DNA of 64,000 bases from Mangrovibacter plantisponsor (GTDB taxonomy: Bacteria > Pseudomonadota > Gammaproteobacteria > Enterobacterales > Enterobacteriaceae), in the NCBI RefSeq assembly GCF_003182475.1, contig NZ_QGTS01000001.1:167980-231979 (forward strand). Direction: 5' to 3'. Of this stretch, positions 53,239 through 63,399 are shown piece by piece (position 1 is the first letter of the stretch; each line of letters begins with the position of its first letter). The notes under the pieces are model-generated. The model was given only the letters and a program-made list of their open reading frames with translations. It searched no databases and was not told where the DNA came from. The position numbers and the translations under genes were made by a program.

Positions 53239-53526
53239 ATGCTGCATATCTACTGTCCTCACTGTGGTGAGTATCGTGAAGAAGAAGAGTTTCATGCCAG
53301 AGGACAGGCGCATATTGCCCGCCCTGCTGACCCGGACAATTGCACTGACGAAGAATGGGGTGCTTACCTGTTCTTCCGCAAAAACCCCCGGGGACTGCAC
53401 CATGAACTCTGGGTTCATAGCGCCGGATGCCGCAAGTTCTTCAACTTGTCCAGAGACACCCAGACTTATGAAATAAAAGAAGTTTATAAGATTGGCGAAC
53501 AACCACAAGTGGTTGAGAAAGGTTAA
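53239..53526 (+). CDS. soxD: sarcosine oxidase delta subunit
   Basis: Start at Met16 of the ORF (MLHIYCPHCGEYREEEEF..), Cys4 zinc ribbon, ~95 aa. Confidence 0.8.
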   Translation: MLHIYCPHCGEYREEEEFHARGQAHIARPADPDNCTDEEWGAYLFFRKNPRGLHHELWVHSAGCRKFFNLSRDTQTYEIKEVYKIGEQPQVVEKG

Positions 53527-53538
53527 GGAGCGGAGAGT

Positions 53539-56500
53539 ATGAGCCAGAAAAATCGTCTGCCATCTGGTGGCAGAATAGACCGTTCCAGAGCACTGAAATT
53601 TATGTGGAATGGCCGCCAGTATACCGGATATGAAGGTGACACTGTTGCCTCTGCTCTGCTGGCAAACGGTGTGGATATTGTCGGGCGGAGTTTCAAATAC
53701 AGCCGCCCCCGAGGGATTGTCGCAGCCGGAGCAGAAGAGCCAAATGCTGTATTACAACTGGGTGCGACAGAAGCCACTCAGGTGCCAAATGTAAGAGCAA
53801 CCCAGCAGTCACTTTACAATGGGCTGGTATGCTCTGCGACAAACGGCTGGCCCAGCGTAGAATCAGACCTGATGGGGCTGGTAGGCAATATCGGTGGCAA
53901 AATGATGCCTCCGGGGTTCTACTATAAAACATTCATGTACCCACAATCCATGTGGCCAACTTACGAGAAATTCATTCGTAAAGCTGCCGGGCTGGGTCGT
54001 GCTCCGCGTGAAAAAGATCCCGACACCTACGATGTAATGAATCAGCACTGCGATGTGATGATTGTTGGTGGTGGGCCTGCAGGATTAATTGCTGCACTGG
54101 TTGCTGCACGCAGCGGCGCACGCGTGATTCTGGCAGACGAGCAAAATGAATTGGGCGGGCACCTGCTTTCCAGCCGGGAAACCATAGATGGTAAACCTGC
54201 CGCAGACTGGGTGGCAGACATTGTCTCTGAGTTATCCGGGCTGCCTGAAGTCACTATTCTGACGCGTTCTGTCGTGAACGGTTACCACGACCATAACTTC
54301 CTCACCATCAACGAGAATAAATCAGATTTCCAGGGCGACCGGGCTTTGTCGGGTAAAGTTCGCCAGCGTATGCACCGTGTCCGGGCTCACTGGGTTATTC
54401 TTGCGACTGGTGCCCAGGAACGCCCTCTGGTTTATGGTAACAACGATGTCCCTGGTTGCATGGTGGCATCAGCTATATCAACCTATATCAATCGCTATGG
54501 TGTTGTGCCTGGCAGCCAGTTGGTGCTGATGACCACTAACGATAGCGCTTACCAGACGGCGCTGGACTGGGCTGATGCCGGTCGTGAAGTCATTGCTGTC
54601 GTGGATACTCGCGCCAACCCACAGGGTGAGCTGGCGGCAATGGCGCGTAAACGCGGCATCCGGATTATTACCGGCAGTGCAGTGATTGATGTTCAGGGCA
54701 AAAAACGCGTCTCTGGTGTGACCATCGCCAGTATCGATAGCAAAGGTGATGCCGTTACCGGCAATATCTCTACACTGCGCTGTGATACTGTCGCCAGTTC
54801 AGGCGGCTGGAGCCCGGTGGTTCACCTCGCCTGCCATACCGGCAGCCGGCCGGTTTGGAACGATGAGGTGATTGGTTTTCTCCCCGGGCCTACCCGCCAA
54901 AAACAGATCACGGCGGGAGGAATTAATGGCCAATATGCGCTAAGCAGCGTGTTACTGGAAGGCATTGAAGCCGGGCAAAATGCCGCCGCTAATTTGGGGC
55001 TGACTCCTGGCGAAATAGTGCTTCCGGAGGTGAAAACCTGGCGCGAAGACAAACCCGCAGCCCTGTTTTACATTCCGCATACTAAGCCGATTAGCCGTGC
55101 TCCCAAGCAATTCGTTGACTATCAGAATGACGTGACTGCCGCTGGCATTGCTCTGGCGGCACGTGAAGGTTTTGAAGCCATTGAACACATTAAGCGTTAT
55201 ACCGCAATGGGCTTTGGGACCGACCAGGGGAAACTGGGTAACATCAATGGCATGGCCATTGCTGCCAGAGTCATGGGGAAAAGCATTCCTGAAACCGGCA
55301 CTACCGTTTTCCGCCCTAACTACACGCCAATAGCATTTGGCGCGATTAGCGGGCGTAACTGTGGGCCGCTGTTCGAACCGAAGCGCTTCACTGCCATGCA
55401 TAAATGGCACGTGCAACATAACGCAAAATTTGAAGATGTCGGCCAATGGAAACGCCCGTGGTATTACCCCAAACCAGGCGAAACCATGCAGCAGTCCCTC
55501 GACCGGGAATGCCGGGCTGTGCGTTCAGGCGTTGGCATTCTTGACGCTTCCACTCTCGGTAAAATCGATATTCAGGGTAAAGATGCCCGTGAGTTTCTCA
55601 GCCGTGTGTACACCAATGCATGGGCGAAGCTTGGCGTTGGGAAGTGCCGCTACGGGCTGATGTGTGGTGAAGGCGGCATGGTGTTTGACGATGGCGTCAC
55701 CTCCTGCCTGGCGGAGAACCACTTCCTGATGACCACCACCACCGGGGGCGCGGCTCATGTTTTAGAGTGGCTTGAACTCTACCACCAGACTGAATGGCCT
55801 GAATTAGAGGTATTTTTTACCAGCGTCACTGACCACTGGGCAACCATGACTATCTCCGGGCCGGACAGCCGGAAATTACTGTCAGAACTGTGCCTGGATA
55901 TCGATCTGGATAAAGACGTCTTCAAATTTATGGACTGGCGCGAAGGCACGGTGGCTGGTGTACCGGCTCGGGTGTTCCGTATTTCCTTCACGGGTGAACT
56001 GTCATTCGAAGTTAACGTTCAGGCAAACTACGGATTGCACGTTTGGGAAAAACTGTTTGAACACGGTGCCAAATACAACCTCACGCCCTATGGCACGGAA
56101 ACCATGCATATCTTGCGTGCCGAGAAAGGGTTCATCATTACGGGCCAGGATACCGATGGTTCAGTCACCCCGCTTGATCTCGGTATGGGGTGGTGTGTCG
56201 CAAATACCAAACCTTTCAGTTATATCGGCAAGCGCGGCATGGCCCGGGAAGATTGCGTTCGCGAACAGCGCAAGCAACTTGTTGGTCTGAAAACACGCGA
56301 CCCGATGACCGTTCTTCCGGAAGGGGCGCAGGCAGTGGCAGACCCGAAACAACCGGTTCCAATGGATCTGCTCGGGCATATCAGCTCAAGCTACTGGAGT
56401 GCCAACCTTAATCGCAGTATTGCGATGGGATTTATCAAAGGTGGCCTGGATCGTATGGGAGAAACCGTTTACTACCCGCTGGCTGATGGCCGGGTGATCG

Positions 56501-56559
56501 AAGCTGAAATTTGCAGCCCTATCTTTCTTGACCCGAAAGGAGAACGTCAGAATGTCTGA
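53539..56559 (+). CDS. soxA: sarcosine oxidase alpha subunit
   Basis: 1006 aa. N-terminal NAD/FAD-binding domain and C-terminal aminomethyltransferase (GcvT-like) folate-binding domain. Confidence 0.9.
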   Translation: MSQKNRLPSGGRIDRSRALKFMWNGRQYTGYEGDTVASALLANGVDIVGRSFKYSRPRGIVAAGAEEPNAVLQLGATEATQVPNVRATQQSLYNGLVCSATNGWPSVESDLMGLVGNIGGKMMPPGFYYKTFMYPQSMWPTYEKFIRKAAGLGRAPREKDPDTYDVMNQHCDVMIVGGGPAGLIAALVAARSGARVILADEQNELGGHLLSSRETIDGKPAADWVADIVSELSGLPEVTILTRSVVNGYHDHNFLTINENKSDFQGDRALSGKVRQRMHRVRAHWVILATGAQERPLVYGNNDVPGCMVASAISTYINRYGVVPGSQLVLMTTNDSAYQTALDWADAGREVIAVVDTRANPQGELAAMARKRGIRIITGSAVIDVQGKKRVSGVTIASIDSKGDAVTGNISTLRCDTVASSGGWSPVVHLACHTGSRPVWNDEVIGFLPGPTRQKQITAGGINGQYALSSVLLEGIEAGQNAAANLGLTPGEIVLPEVKTWREDKPAALFYIPHTKPISRAPKQFVDYQNDVTAAGIALAAREGFEAIEHIKRYTAMGFGTDQGKLGNINGMAIAARVMGKSIPETGTTVFRPNYTPIAFGAISGRNCGPLFEPKRFTAMHKWHVQHNAKFEDVGQWKRPWYYPKPGETMQQSLDRECRAVRSGVGILDASTLGKIDIQGKDAREFLSRVYTNAWAKLGVGKCRYGLMCGEGGMVFDDGVTSCLAENHFLMTTTTGGAAHVLEWLELYHQTEWPELEVFFTSVTDHWATMTISGPDSRKLLSELCLDIDLDKDVFKFMDWREGTVAGVPARVFRISFTGELSFEVNVQANYGLHVWEKLFEHGAKYNLTPYGTETMHILRAEKGFIITGQDTDGSVTPLDLGMGWCVANTKPFSYIGKRGMAREDCVREQRKQLVGLKTRDPMTVLPEGAQAVADPKQPVPMDLLGHISSSYWSANLNRSIAMGFIKGGLDRMGETVYYPLADGRVIEAEICSPIFLDPKGERQNV

Positions 56560-57226
56560 AACCATAATACCCGAAACCAAATCACGGGATACCGTCAGGC
56601 AGGTTGCGGTCATGAACCAGAAAGCCGAGGGCGCAGTGCGTGCTGAATCCCCCCTTTACCACGCAGAGCTGGGTAAGTTAGCCACACAGAGCCCCAGGGA
56701 AGGGGGGGTAACATTACGTGAACTGGGCTTACTTGGGCACTTAATTGTGCGCGGCTCTCAAAGCAACCAAAGCTTCATGCAAGGATGTGCTGAAGTGTTG
56801 GGTACCGCCCTGCCCGTTAAACCACTCACCAGCACAGAAGAAGGTGATATTTCTGTACGCTGGCTGAGCCCTGACGAGTGGCTGGTTGTGATGCCCATGA
56901 ACCAGATTTTCCCGGTGGAAGAAGCATTACGCGCCACCATTCAGGGGCATTATTCCGTTGTGAATGTCAGTGGCGGGCAAACCATCCTGCTGTTGTCAGG
57001 CAAAAACGCAATCGATGTCCTGAAGAAAAGTACCGTGCTGGATCTCCACCCTTCTGCGTTCCCGGTAGGTAAAGTTGCTGCATCTGTTTTTGCAAAAAGC
57101 AGCGCAATTATTCGCCGTACAGGAGAGGAGAGCTGGGAGCTGGTCATTCGCCGCAGTTTTGCTGATTACATCTGGCTGTGGGTACAGGATGCCAGCCACG
57201 AGTACGGACTGATTATGAATAAGTAA
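56552..57226 (+). CDS. soxG: sarcosine oxidase gamma subunit
   Basis: Start at Met9 of the ORF behind GGAGAA. ~224 aa. 8-nt overlap with the soxA end. Confidence 0.8.
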   Translation: MSETIIPETKSRDTVRQVAVMNQKAEGAVRAESPLYHAELGKLATQSPREGGVTLRELGLLGHLIVRGSQSNQSFMQGCAEVLGTALPVKPLTSTEEGDISVRWLSPDEWLVVMPMNQIFPVEEALRATIQGHYSVVNVSGGQTILLLSGKNAIDVLKKSTVLDLHPSAFPVGKVAASVFAKSSAIIRRTGEESWELVIRRSFADYIWLWVQDASHEYGLIMNK

Positions 57227-57299
57227 GTGAAGAAGGTGCTGGCAAAACGGTGTCTCGCTTTGCCAGCACACGGCTATTCTGTGTACCTGGAGAACCCCA

Positions 57300-58163
57300 A
57301 TGAGCTCTCTGCCTGATTCGTGGATTTTCACCGCAAGTTGCCCCAGCAAACTGGGAACGGTTGATGTCGTAACTCGCTTTATGGCTGAGTCCGGTCACTA
57401 CATTAATGAAATTCACTCCTTTGATGACCGGGTGAGTAAGCAATTTTTTATTCGCATCGCTTTCCAACCAGCCCCAAACTTCAGTACAGATAATTTCCAA
57501 CAATATTTTACGCCACGAATCACAACATTTGACATGCAGTGGCAATTAACACCGCCCCAACATCGTGAGCGGGTCGCTATTCTTGTTTCTAAATTTGACC
57601 ATTGCCTGAATGATTTACTTTTTCGCCATCGCACTGGCCAGTTGAATATCGATATCCCACTGATTATTTCCAACCATCCTGATCTGCGCCCACTTGCACA
57701 ATGGCACGGTATTCCTTATTACCACCTGCCTGTAACGAATGCGACACGGCCACAGCAGGAATCCCAAATTCTGGACTTACTGGAACAGTACAGCATCGAT
57801 CTCGTTGTTTTGGCCCGATATATGCAAGTCCTCTCACCTGTAATGTGCGAAAAACTTGATGGTAAGGCTATCAATATTCACCACTCACTCTTACCGGGAT
57901 TCAAGGGAGCAAGGCCTTACCACCAGGCATGGGAAAAAGGCGTAAAAATGGTCGGGGCAACAGCCCACTATGTAAATAATGACCTGGATGAAGGCCCCAT
58001 TATTACCCAGGGTATTCAAAGCGTTGATCATGCACTTTACCCGGATGATCTGATAAGCCGGGGGCAGGATATTGAGCGTGTAACCTTGTTTAATGCCGTG
58101 CGCTATCACGTTGAGAAGCGCGTGTTTCTCAGTGGCAAACGCACCGTGGTGTTCAGCCATTAA
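57300..58163 (+). CDS. purU: formyltetrahydrofolate deformylase
   Basis: ACT-like N-terminal domain plus formyltransferase core (..HHSLLPGFKGARPYHQA..). Confidence 0.85.
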   Translation: MSSLPDSWIFTASCPSKLGTVDVVTRFMAESGHYINEIHSFDDRVSKQFFIRIAFQPAPNFSTDNFQQYFTPRITTFDMQWQLTPPQHRERVAILVSKFDHCLNDLLFRHRTGQLNIDIPLIISNHPDLRPLAQWHGIPYYHLPVTNATRPQQESQILDLLEQYSIDLVVLARYMQVLSPVMCEKLDGKAINIHHSLLPGFKGARPYHQAWEKGVKMVGATAHYVNNDLDEGPIITQGIQSVDHALYPDDLISRGQDIERVTLFNAVRYHVEKRVFLSGKRTVVFSH

Positions 58164-58395
58164 CCCGTCTTTGCTGCCCTGATACACCGCAAGCCACTTA
58201 CCAGTGGCTGCTGTATCAGCGCAAATGTTGTGACCGATGTTGTTGTATTTCAAGAAAACTATGCAGACACAGACCATCCCTGGCAACAGGGGTAAACGGA
58301 CGAGACGCAGACCATGATGGTTATATAAAACAAAGCTGCCTGTATTTCTAAGGATAGCTTTTAACAAAAACAAGCAGATCGCGAGGAAAGAGAAT

Positions 58396-60051
58396 ATGGC
58401 GGATTCAAAAGATCCAATGACACCGGATGGTGAAGTTACACCATACGATACGGATTATCAGGTCGGTCAGGATAATATTGTGGTAAATGTCGGCCCGTTT
58501 GGACTGGATATTCATAACCGGGTTTTCCTTATTTCAGGGTTAGCCGTTATTGCCTTTATCGTATTAACGCTGGTATTTCAGAGTGATGTTGCTCCACTTT
58601 TTAAAGGTATGCTGAACTGGCTTACCACCAAACTGGACTGGTTTTTTCTGAGTGCGGGTAATATTTTCGTTGTTATCAGCCTGGCATTAATTTTTACCCC
58701 ACTTGGTAAAGTGCGGCTTGGCGGTACACTGGCTCGCCCGGATTACAGTTATATCACCTGGTTTTCGATGCTCTTTGCCGCAGGTATGGGCATTGGCCTG
58801 ATGTTTTATGGTGTTTCTGAACCGTTATCGCACTTCTCCAGTTCCTTTGGTGGTGTACATCTTGAAAATGGGGTCCGTACCGACTGGGCTCCGTTGAATG
58901 CGGCCGCTGGCTCTTCAGAGAATGCGATCCACCTTGCCATGGCCGCCACTATTTTCCACTGGGCACTGCACCCATGGGCTATTTACGCCGTGCTGGCTCT
59001 GGGACTGGCTTTATTCTCTTTTAATAAAGGTTTACCACTTACCATACGTTCTGTCTTCTACCCTCTTCTGGGTGATGCAGTCTGGGGATGGCCGGGGCAT
59101 ATCATCGATATTCTTGCCGTACTGGCAACCTTGTTCGGGCTTGCCACATCGCTGGGATTAGGTGCTTCACAGACCGCCTCCGGTCTTAATTTCCTGTTCG
59201 ACGTACCACTGGGAGAAACCACACAGATTATCCTGGTTGTCGTGATTACCGGTATTGCAACATTCTCGGTAGTTGCCGGGCTGGATGCAGGCGTTCGGCG
59301 GTTGTCTGAAGCGAATATGATCCTTGCCGGGATATTACTGCTGTTTATTATTGTGGTAGGGCCCACACTGGCTCTGTTTACTGGCTTTTTCTCTAACCTT
59401 GCTTCATATATAGAATACCTGCCTGCCCTGTCTAACCCGATTAACCGCGCCGACAGTAACTTCGCCGGTGGCTGGACTTCATTCTACTGGGCATGGTGGA
59501 TTTCATGGTCACCGTTTGTGGGTATGTTCATTGCGCGTATATCCCGTGGGCGTACAGTTCGTGAATTCATTATTTCTGTGTTACTGGTTCCATCACTGGC
59601 CTGTGTACTCTGGATGACCGTATTAGGTGGCACTGCTATTCATCAGTATTTTGTTGAAGGGTTCAAAGCCATTGCGGATGCTGCACTGCCGCTGCAACTG
59701 TTTACTATGCTGGATACATTGCCAATGGCAAAAATTACCTGTGTGGTGGCAATTATACTGGTCGTGGTGTTCTTTGTGACTTCAGCGGATTCCGGAACGC
59801 TGGTTATTGATATTATCGCGTCCGGGGGTAAAGTCGAATCCCCCACATCACAACGTGTATTCTGGTGTATTTTTGAAGGGCTGGTGGCAATTACGCTGAT
59901 TATGGGAGGCGGGCTGGATGCCTTGCAGGCCATGGTGGTATCGACAGGGCTTCCTTTTGCTATTGTTCTGCTGGTCGCTTCGGTGGCCGTGATAAAAGGC
60001 CTGGCAACGGAGCCGCGCCCCGGCAAACACGTCTCCGTAAATAGTAAATAG
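58396..60051 (+). CDS. BCCT-family (betaine/carnitine/choline) transporter
   Basis: 12 TM. BCCT signature region (..WTSFYWAWWISWSPFVGMFIARISRGRTVREF..). Confidence 0.85.
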   Translation: MADSKDPMTPDGEVTPYDTDYQVGQDNIVVNVGPFGLDIHNRVFLISGLAVIAFIVLTLVFQSDVAPLFKGMLNWLTTKLDWFFLSAGNIFVVISLALIFTPLGKVRLGGTLARPDYSYITWFSMLFAAGMGIGLMFYGVSEPLSHFSSSFGGVHLENGVRTDWAPLNAAAGSSENAIHLAMAATIFHWALHPWAIYAVLALGLALFSFNKGLPLTIRSVFYPLLGDAVWGWPGHIIDILAVLATLFGLATSLGLGASQTASGLNFLFDVPLGETTQIILVVVITGIATFSVVAGLDAGVRRLSEANMILAGILLLFIIVVGPTLALFTGFFSNLASYIEYLPALSNPINRADSNFAGGWTSFYWAWWISWSPFVGMFIARISRGRTVREFIISVLLVPSLACVLWMTVLGGTAIHQYFVEGFKAIADAALPLQLFTMLDTLPMAKITCVVAIILVVVFFVTSADSGTLVIDIIASGGKVESPTSQRVFWCIFEGLVAITLIMGGGLDALQAMVVSTGLPFAIVLLVASVAVIKGLATEPRPGKHVSVNSK

Positions 60052-60133
60052 ATAGTCACCATAGCGTTGGTCGCGGATGGCCGTAACTGGCTGTCCGCTA
60101 TTCTCATTTTTCTTGAATTTGCCAGAGGTCTGA

Positions 60134-62017
60134 ATGCAGGCTGAGTATCAGGAAATCATAGATTTTCTCCGTCGCTACCCGCCTTTTAACGATCTGCCCG
60201 ATGTCGCTCTGGCCCGGATTGCCAGCAACATTGAAGTCAGCTATTTCAAGGCAGGGACCCAGATATTAACCTTTGGCCAACAAGTCGATGCCTGGTATGT
60301 GATTCGCAGTGGCTCTACCGAGGTATACCGCCGTAATGGTGATCTGTATAACCGCCTGAGTGCCGGGGGTTACTTTGGGCAATTTGGTTTATTACGGGAA
60401 AACAGTGTGCGCTTCCCTGTTACGGCACTCGAAGATACGCTGGCCTATTTAATACCTGCTCAAATTTTCCACGAATTATTTGAAAAGTACGAACATTTTG
60501 CAGATTTAGTAGAAGTAGAAGACAGAACCCGCCTGCGGCAAACCATCGCGCGCAATGAAGATGCTAACGGCCTGCTAAGCTCCCCAATTGAAACGCTCAT
60601 CAGCAGACCCCCGGTGACTGTTGAAGCAATGGAGACAGTGCGCGACGCAGCGTTAAAAATGAGTGCTGAAGGCGTGTCATCACTGTTGATTCTCTTACCT
60701 TCAGACACTAACCCGGCACCAGAGAACACCAAACTGGTCGGTATTGTAACGGACAAAGACTTACGTGATCGGGTGATTGCTCGCGGGTTAAGTTATACCA
60801 CGCCGTTGTCCAGTATCATGACATCGAAACTCATTCATGTTGAGCATTCGCAACTCGTTTTTGAAACCATGATAACCATGATGCAGCACAATATTCACCA
60901 TTTGCCTGTGCTGAAAAATGGCCAGCCCGTTGGGGTAATTTCGCAGTCAGATATTATTCGCTATGAGTCTCAAAACAGCCTGTTTATTGTCAGCCGAATT
61001 TTCCATTGCAACAGCACTGAAGAGCTCAGCGCACTGAAAAACGAAGTACGGGCCTGTTTTACGAGAATCGTGCGGGAAGATGCAAACTCCCAGATGATTG
61101 GGCGCGCGATGGCAGTTATTGCACGTAGTTTTATGCAACGTTTGCTGGCTCTTGCTGAAGAGGCGCTTGGCCCGCCTCCGGTGCCCTATTGCTTCATCGG
61201 GATGGGGTCAATGGCCCGCCAGGAACAATTACTGGTGACTGACCAGGATAATGCACTGATCCTCGACAACCGTTTCAACCCGACACGCCATGATGCCTAT
61301 TTCATGGCACTGGCTAAATTTGTCACCGATGGTCTGGCCGCTTGTGGTTACCACTATTGCAAAGGCAATATCATGGCAACCAACCCCCGCTGGCGACAGC
61401 CGCTTCATGTGTGGGAAAGTTACTTTGAAGAGTGGATTGACAGCCCTTCTCCACAAGCGCTACTGGACAGTGCCATCTTCTTTGATTTGGATGGTGTATG
61501 GGGAAAAGTGGAATGGGCTGAACACCTTAATTTATTTATTACTCGGAAAGTACGCCACAATTCCCGCTTTCTTGCCTGTATGGCACGTAATGCCTTGCTG
61601 CGTAAACCGCCGCTGGGATTTTTTAAAAACTTTGTGATGGAACCTTCCGGGCAGCATACTCAGTCTATTGATATGAAACGGCGAGGAACGGCACCTTTGT
61701 CTGATCTTGTCCGGGTTCATGCGCTGTCCGTTGGCTCAATGGCGCATAACTCTTTCGATCGCCTGAATGATGTTATTGCTGCTGATATTCTGCCTAACGG
61801 CCGGGGGCAGGATCTGCGTGACTCGCTGGAGTTCATTTCGATGGTACGTATTCGCCACCAGGCGCAGGATGTGGAAGCAGGCCAGAATCCGGACAATAAA
61901 ATTGAGCCGTTGAATTTATCTGATTTTGAAAGAAAAAATCTTAAAGATGCGTTTCAGATCCTGAGCAACGCACAGAAGTATCTCAAGTATCGCTACCAAC
62001 CCGGAAGAAAAGTTTGA
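60134..62017 (+). CDS. cyclic-nucleotide-binding / tandem CBS / DUF294 nucleotidyltransferase signalling protein
   Basis: N-terminal cNMP-binding fold, two CBS domains, NTase motif GMGSMARQEQLLVTDQDNALIL, DUF294_C-like tail. Confidence 0.8.
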   Translation: MQAEYQEIIDFLRRYPPFNDLPDVALARIASNIEVSYFKAGTQILTFGQQVDAWYVIRSGSTEVYRRNGDLYNRLSAGGYFGQFGLLRENSVRFPVTALEDTLAYLIPAQIFHELFEKYEHFADLVEVEDRTRLRQTIARNEDANGLLSSPIETLISRPPVTVEAMETVRDAALKMSAEGVSSLLILLPSDTNPAPENTKLVGIVTDKDLRDRVIARGLSYTTPLSSIMTSKLIHVEHSQLVFETMITMMQHNIHHLPVLKNGQPVGVISQSDIIRYESQNSLFIVSRIFHCNSTEELSALKNEVRACFTRIVREDANSQMIGRAMAVIARSFMQRLLALAEEALGPPPVPYCFIGMGSMARQEQLLVTDQDNALILDNRFNPTRHDAYFMALAKFVTDGLAACGYHYCKGNIMATNPRWRQPLHVWESYFEEWIDSPSPQALLDSAIFFDLDGVWGKVEWAEHLNLFITRKVRHNSRFLACMARNALLRKPPLGFFKNFVMEPSGQHTQSIDMKRRGTAPLSDLVRVHALSVGSMAHNSFDRLNDVIAADILPNGRGQDLRDSLEFISMVRIRHQAQDVEAGQNPDNKIEPLNLSDFERKNLKDAFQILSNAQKYLKYRYQPGRKV

Positions 62018-62024
62018 GGTTTCT

Positions 62025-62786
62025 GTGTTCTATCTTAGCAAAGAGCAAATGAGCGACCATCCCCCAGTCAGGCAGCATAAGATAACGCCGCCAGACTGGC
62101 CCTGCGCGATGGAAACTTTGGCCCTCCAGACACGCCATTTCGCACTACGCGAGTATTACAAGTCTGGTATTGTTTCCCCCGAAACGCCTTTATGTGACGT
62201 GCCCTTTCTGGCGATGGATTTTGAAACGACCGGGCTGAATACCCAGCACGATGACATTGTCAGTATTGGTCTGATCCCCATGAGCCTGTCGCGAATCCGG
62301 CTCCAGGAAAGCCAGCACTGGATACTCAACCCCCGCGCGGATTTACGCAAAGAATCGGTTGTCATTCATGGTATTACCCACTCCAAAATTATCAGTGCGC
62401 CAGACCTGAACGAAGTGATTCAGCAATTACTCGCGCTGATGGCTGGCAAAGTGATGGTGGTACACCATCGCAGTATTGAGCAAAACTTTCTCGATATTGC
62501 TCTTAAACGGCGTATTGGCGAAGGCATCATTTTTCCCTGCATTGATACGCTATACCTTGAGGCCTTACAGCTAAGCGCGCCTGATTCCACCAGCCTGATG
62601 AAAAAATTATTTCGCCGAAAACCCAAAATATCAGTACGCCTGCCTGAGTGCCGGGAGCGCTACCACCTTCCCCATTATCCTGCACATAATGCGCTGACTG
62701 ATGCCCAGGCCTGTGCCGAGTTATTTCAGGCGCAAGTTGCTCATCACTTCACGCCAGAAACAGCAATCGGCACATTGTGGTGTTAA
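62025..62786 (+). CDS. DEDDh 3'-5' exonuclease (DnaQ/DNA Pol III epsilon-like)
   Basis: Exo I FLAMDFETTGL, Exo II/III motifs (..VVHHRSIEQNFL.., ..HNALTDAQACAELF..). 7 bp downstream of the DUF294 gene. Confidence 0.75.
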   Translation: MFYLSKEQMSDHPPVRQHKITPPDWPCAMETLALQTRHFALREYYKSGIVSPETPLCDVPFLAMDFETTGLNTQHDDIVSIGLIPMSLSRIRLQESQHWILNPRADLRKESVVIHGITHSKIISAPDLNEVIQQLLALMAGKVMVVHHRSIEQNFLDIALKRRIGEGIIFPCIDTLYLEALQLSAPDSTSLMKKLFRRKPKISVRLPECRERYHLPHYPAHNALTDAQACAELFQAQVAHHFTPETAIGTLWC

Positions 62787-62846
62787 CAGGCAAGCGGGTT
62801 CCAGTGCCGCCACAACTTTTGCGGCACACTGGCGTTTTCGCCGAGG

Positions 62847-63395
62847 TTACCTGCCAGCAATGTGTGTCGCCATGCCATACACTGCAAACGTGGGTAATAC
62901 TTCCATGCCGGTGTAGAACAGTGTGCCGTGTGTGACAGGGAACAGAAGTTGCTCTAAAGGGCCATTAATTCCGCGTGGGGAGTAAGCCTGTTCTGGCCCA
63001 CCAACACTGACTGCCAACAGTGCGCGTTTGCCTGCAAAAGCGCCCTCTCCGTAGCGATGGGTATTACTTTTCCCCTGGTAGCCATATGCCAGGCCGTAAG
63101 CCCAGACGCGCTCTATCGAGCATTTCATTATTGCCGGCATGCCAAACCACCAGAGGGGAAACAACATGATCACGGCATCCGCCGCCAGGACTTTTTGTTG
63201 CTCTGCGCTGACATCAGGTGTCTGGCTACCATTGTGAAAAGCGTGCCCGGACTCTTCAATAAATGACAAGCGCGCCGGGTTAACACGCTCAGGAAAATCA
63301 TGGTTATCAAACACTGCCTTCCACCCCATGCCGTAGAGGTCGGATTGTTCGATATGGTGCCCCTGCTCCGTTAATACCTCAACAGCGATATTCAC
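62847..63395 (-). CDS. NAD(P)H dehydrogenase (quinone)-like flavodoxin-fold protein (Flavodoxin_2 / NQO1-MdaB-like), apparently lacking its N-terminus
   Basis: Aligns with NQO family from about residue 12 onward (..VAVETLTEQGH..). The only available start is a GTG. Upstream in-frame sequence (KRYLLYRETHRHL) still resembles the family N-terminus but has no ATG and is preceded by TAA. Confidence 0.5.
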   Translation of the reverse strand: MNIAVEVLTEQGHHIEQSDLYGMGWKAVFDNHDFPERVNPARLSFIEESGHAFHNGSQTPDVSAEQQKVLAADAVIMLFPLWWFGMPAIMKCSIERVWAYGLAYGYQGKSNTHRYGEGAFAGKRALLAVSVGGPEQAYSPRGINGPLEQLLFPVTHGTLFYTGMEVLPTFAVYGMATHIAGR

Positions 63396-63399
63396 CAGA

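Noticed and set aside
57240-57275. Hairpin GCTGGCAAA-N12-TTTGCCAGC between soxG and purU as a terminator
   Set aside because: No downstream T-tract and purU is expected to be co-transcribed with sox genes. More likely an RNA-processing or attenuation stem of minor interest.
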